Below, one piece after another: positions 63,304 through 64,000 of a DNA stretch of 64,000 nucleotides. The stretch comes from Candidatus Latescibacterota bacterium (lineage in GTDB: Bacteria > Latescibacterota > UBA2968 > UBA8231). The notes under the pieces are model-generated. The model saw only the letters and a list, made by a program, of their open reading frames with translations, had not been told where the DNA came from and did not search any database. Every line of letters starts with the position of its first letter. Within the stretch, counting starts at the first letter, position 1. Made by a program: the position numbers and the translations under genes. The DNA lies in contig CBDFJF010000002.1 of the NCBI GenBank assembly GCA_965248265.1, forward strand, positions 2,513,214-2,577,213. The letters are read 5' to 3'.

Positions 63304-64000
63304 ATGACGTGGAGAAGTACGAATTCGACCGTCTGGGTTACCTGGTGATTCCCAACCTGCTCTCACCGGAGCAGGTGGCTTCACTGGTGCCTGTCGTCGA
63401 CGGGGTGGAGGAGCATGCCGTCGAGCACGTCGACGAGCCCCCACGCAAGAGAAGCGGCTGGGGCATGGACACCCATAGCAATCCCGAGCGCGGCTACCAC
63501 GTGTACGGAGCAAGGGGAGACAGCAAGACGATCGTCATCGAGGATTTCTGGAACGCGGACCCGGCATTCGATTTCCTCATGGATTGGCCTCGCACGATGG
63601 AATACGTCAACGCCGTGATACGCGGCCGGCCGACGATCAACAACTCTGAGATCCGCATTCGCTACAAGGGGAATCAATCGCCCAGTCATGGCGGCGGCGG
63701 CAGACCGGTGAATCACAAATACCGCTACAATGCCGACGATCAGGGTATCGACTGCATGATGGTGCGGATGGTGTATTTCATCCACGATGTGAGTGACGAA
63801 CAGGGCGCATTCAGCGTCGTTCCGGGAGCACACAAGTCCAGCTTCCCAACTCCGTATGAAGCGAATCCGGACACCATGCCGGGCATGATCGGTCTGCAGG
63901 TGAACGCCGGGGATGGCATCTTCTTCACCGAGGCCCTGACCCACGGGGGCCTGACCAACCACTCCGAGCAGGTGCGCAAAACGCTGCACGTGGGATACGG
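63300..64000 (+). CDS. PhyH family oxygenase-like protein, 3' end cut by window edge; first metal-binding motif reads H-G-G instead of HxD
   Basis: Not in the track because there is no stop in the window. Own translation from ATG 63300 (ATGA overlap with the uxuA stop): MNDVEKYEFDRLGYLVIPNLL…GNQSPSHGGGGRPVNHKYRY…DEQGAFSVVPGAHKSSF…FFTEALTHGGLTNHSEQ…. Confidence 0.75.
   Translation, partial: MNDVEKYEFDRLGYLVIPNLLSPEQVASLVPVVDGVEEHAVEHVDEPPRKRSGWGMDTHSNPERGYHVYGARGDSKTIVIEDFWNADPAFDFLMDWPRTMEYVNAVIRGRPTINNSEIRIRYKGNQSPSHGGGGRPVNHKYRYNADDQGIDCMMVRMVYFIHDVSDEQGAFSVVPGAHKSSFPTPYEANPDTMPGMIGLQVNAGDGIFFTEALTHGGLTNHSEQVRKTLHVGY

Overview
GC-rich (roughly 60% by eye) bacterial chromosomal segment with about 50 protein-coding genes. 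More than 80% are on the minus strand, in tightly coupled operons with many ATGA/GTGA/TGATG start-stop overlaps. I recognised no rRNA, tRNA, CRISPR array, transposase, integrase or phage gene. The SusC/SusD pair points to an FCB-group-like organism, but the taxon cannot be fixed from this window.

Layout:
- 1-4.8 kb: partial PhyH oxygenase, vapBC toxin-antitoxin pair, D-aminoacylase, then a PhyH-CinA pair bracketed by a 180-bp direct repeat. The second repeat copy is a decayed copy of the deacylase 3' end.
- 4.8-18.4 kb: a ten-gene minus-strand catabolic operon. It holds a BNR/sialidase-like protein, two Gfo/Idh/MocA oxidoreductases, three paralogs of an uncharacterised ~650-aa protein, a beta-lactamase-fold serine hydrolase, an RraA-like aldolase, a TIM-barrel GH-like protein and a PhyH.
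- 19-36 kb: a MASE1-CHASE histidine kinase, further GH-like TIM barrels, a polyol dehydrogenase, a histidine kinase with a beta-helix sensor domain, a redoxin gene with an in-frame TGA (candidate selenoprotein), an ABC-2 exporter, a tyrosine phosphatase, a frameshifted hybrid kinase, and a LamG domain interrupted by a 7-blade propeller.
- 36.8-41.4 kb: the SusD/SusC pair.
- 41.8-52.9 kb: an 11-kb signalling block. It contains PP2C, a Ser/Thr kinase-STAND-TPR protein, a STAND-TPR protein, a poly-Asp lipoprotein, three zinc-ribbon fusion proteins (FHA, TPR, REC), a histidine kinase and an NtrC-type sigma-54 activator.
- 53-64 kb: a sigma-54 promoter with a small membrane protein, an EF-hand secreted protein, two more GH-like TIM barrels, a tandem-PhyH protein, a decayed sulfatase, a transglutaminase-like protein, uxuA and another partial PhyH.

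Recurring themes:
- Paralog expansion: 5 PhyH genes with 6 domains, 5 GH-like TIM barrels, and 3 copies of the unknown 650-aa family.
- Four gene remnants or frameshifts.
- A pair of near-identical non-coding modules that are adjacent at one locus and permuted at another.

All family assignments come from motif recognition in the translations, not from database searches.
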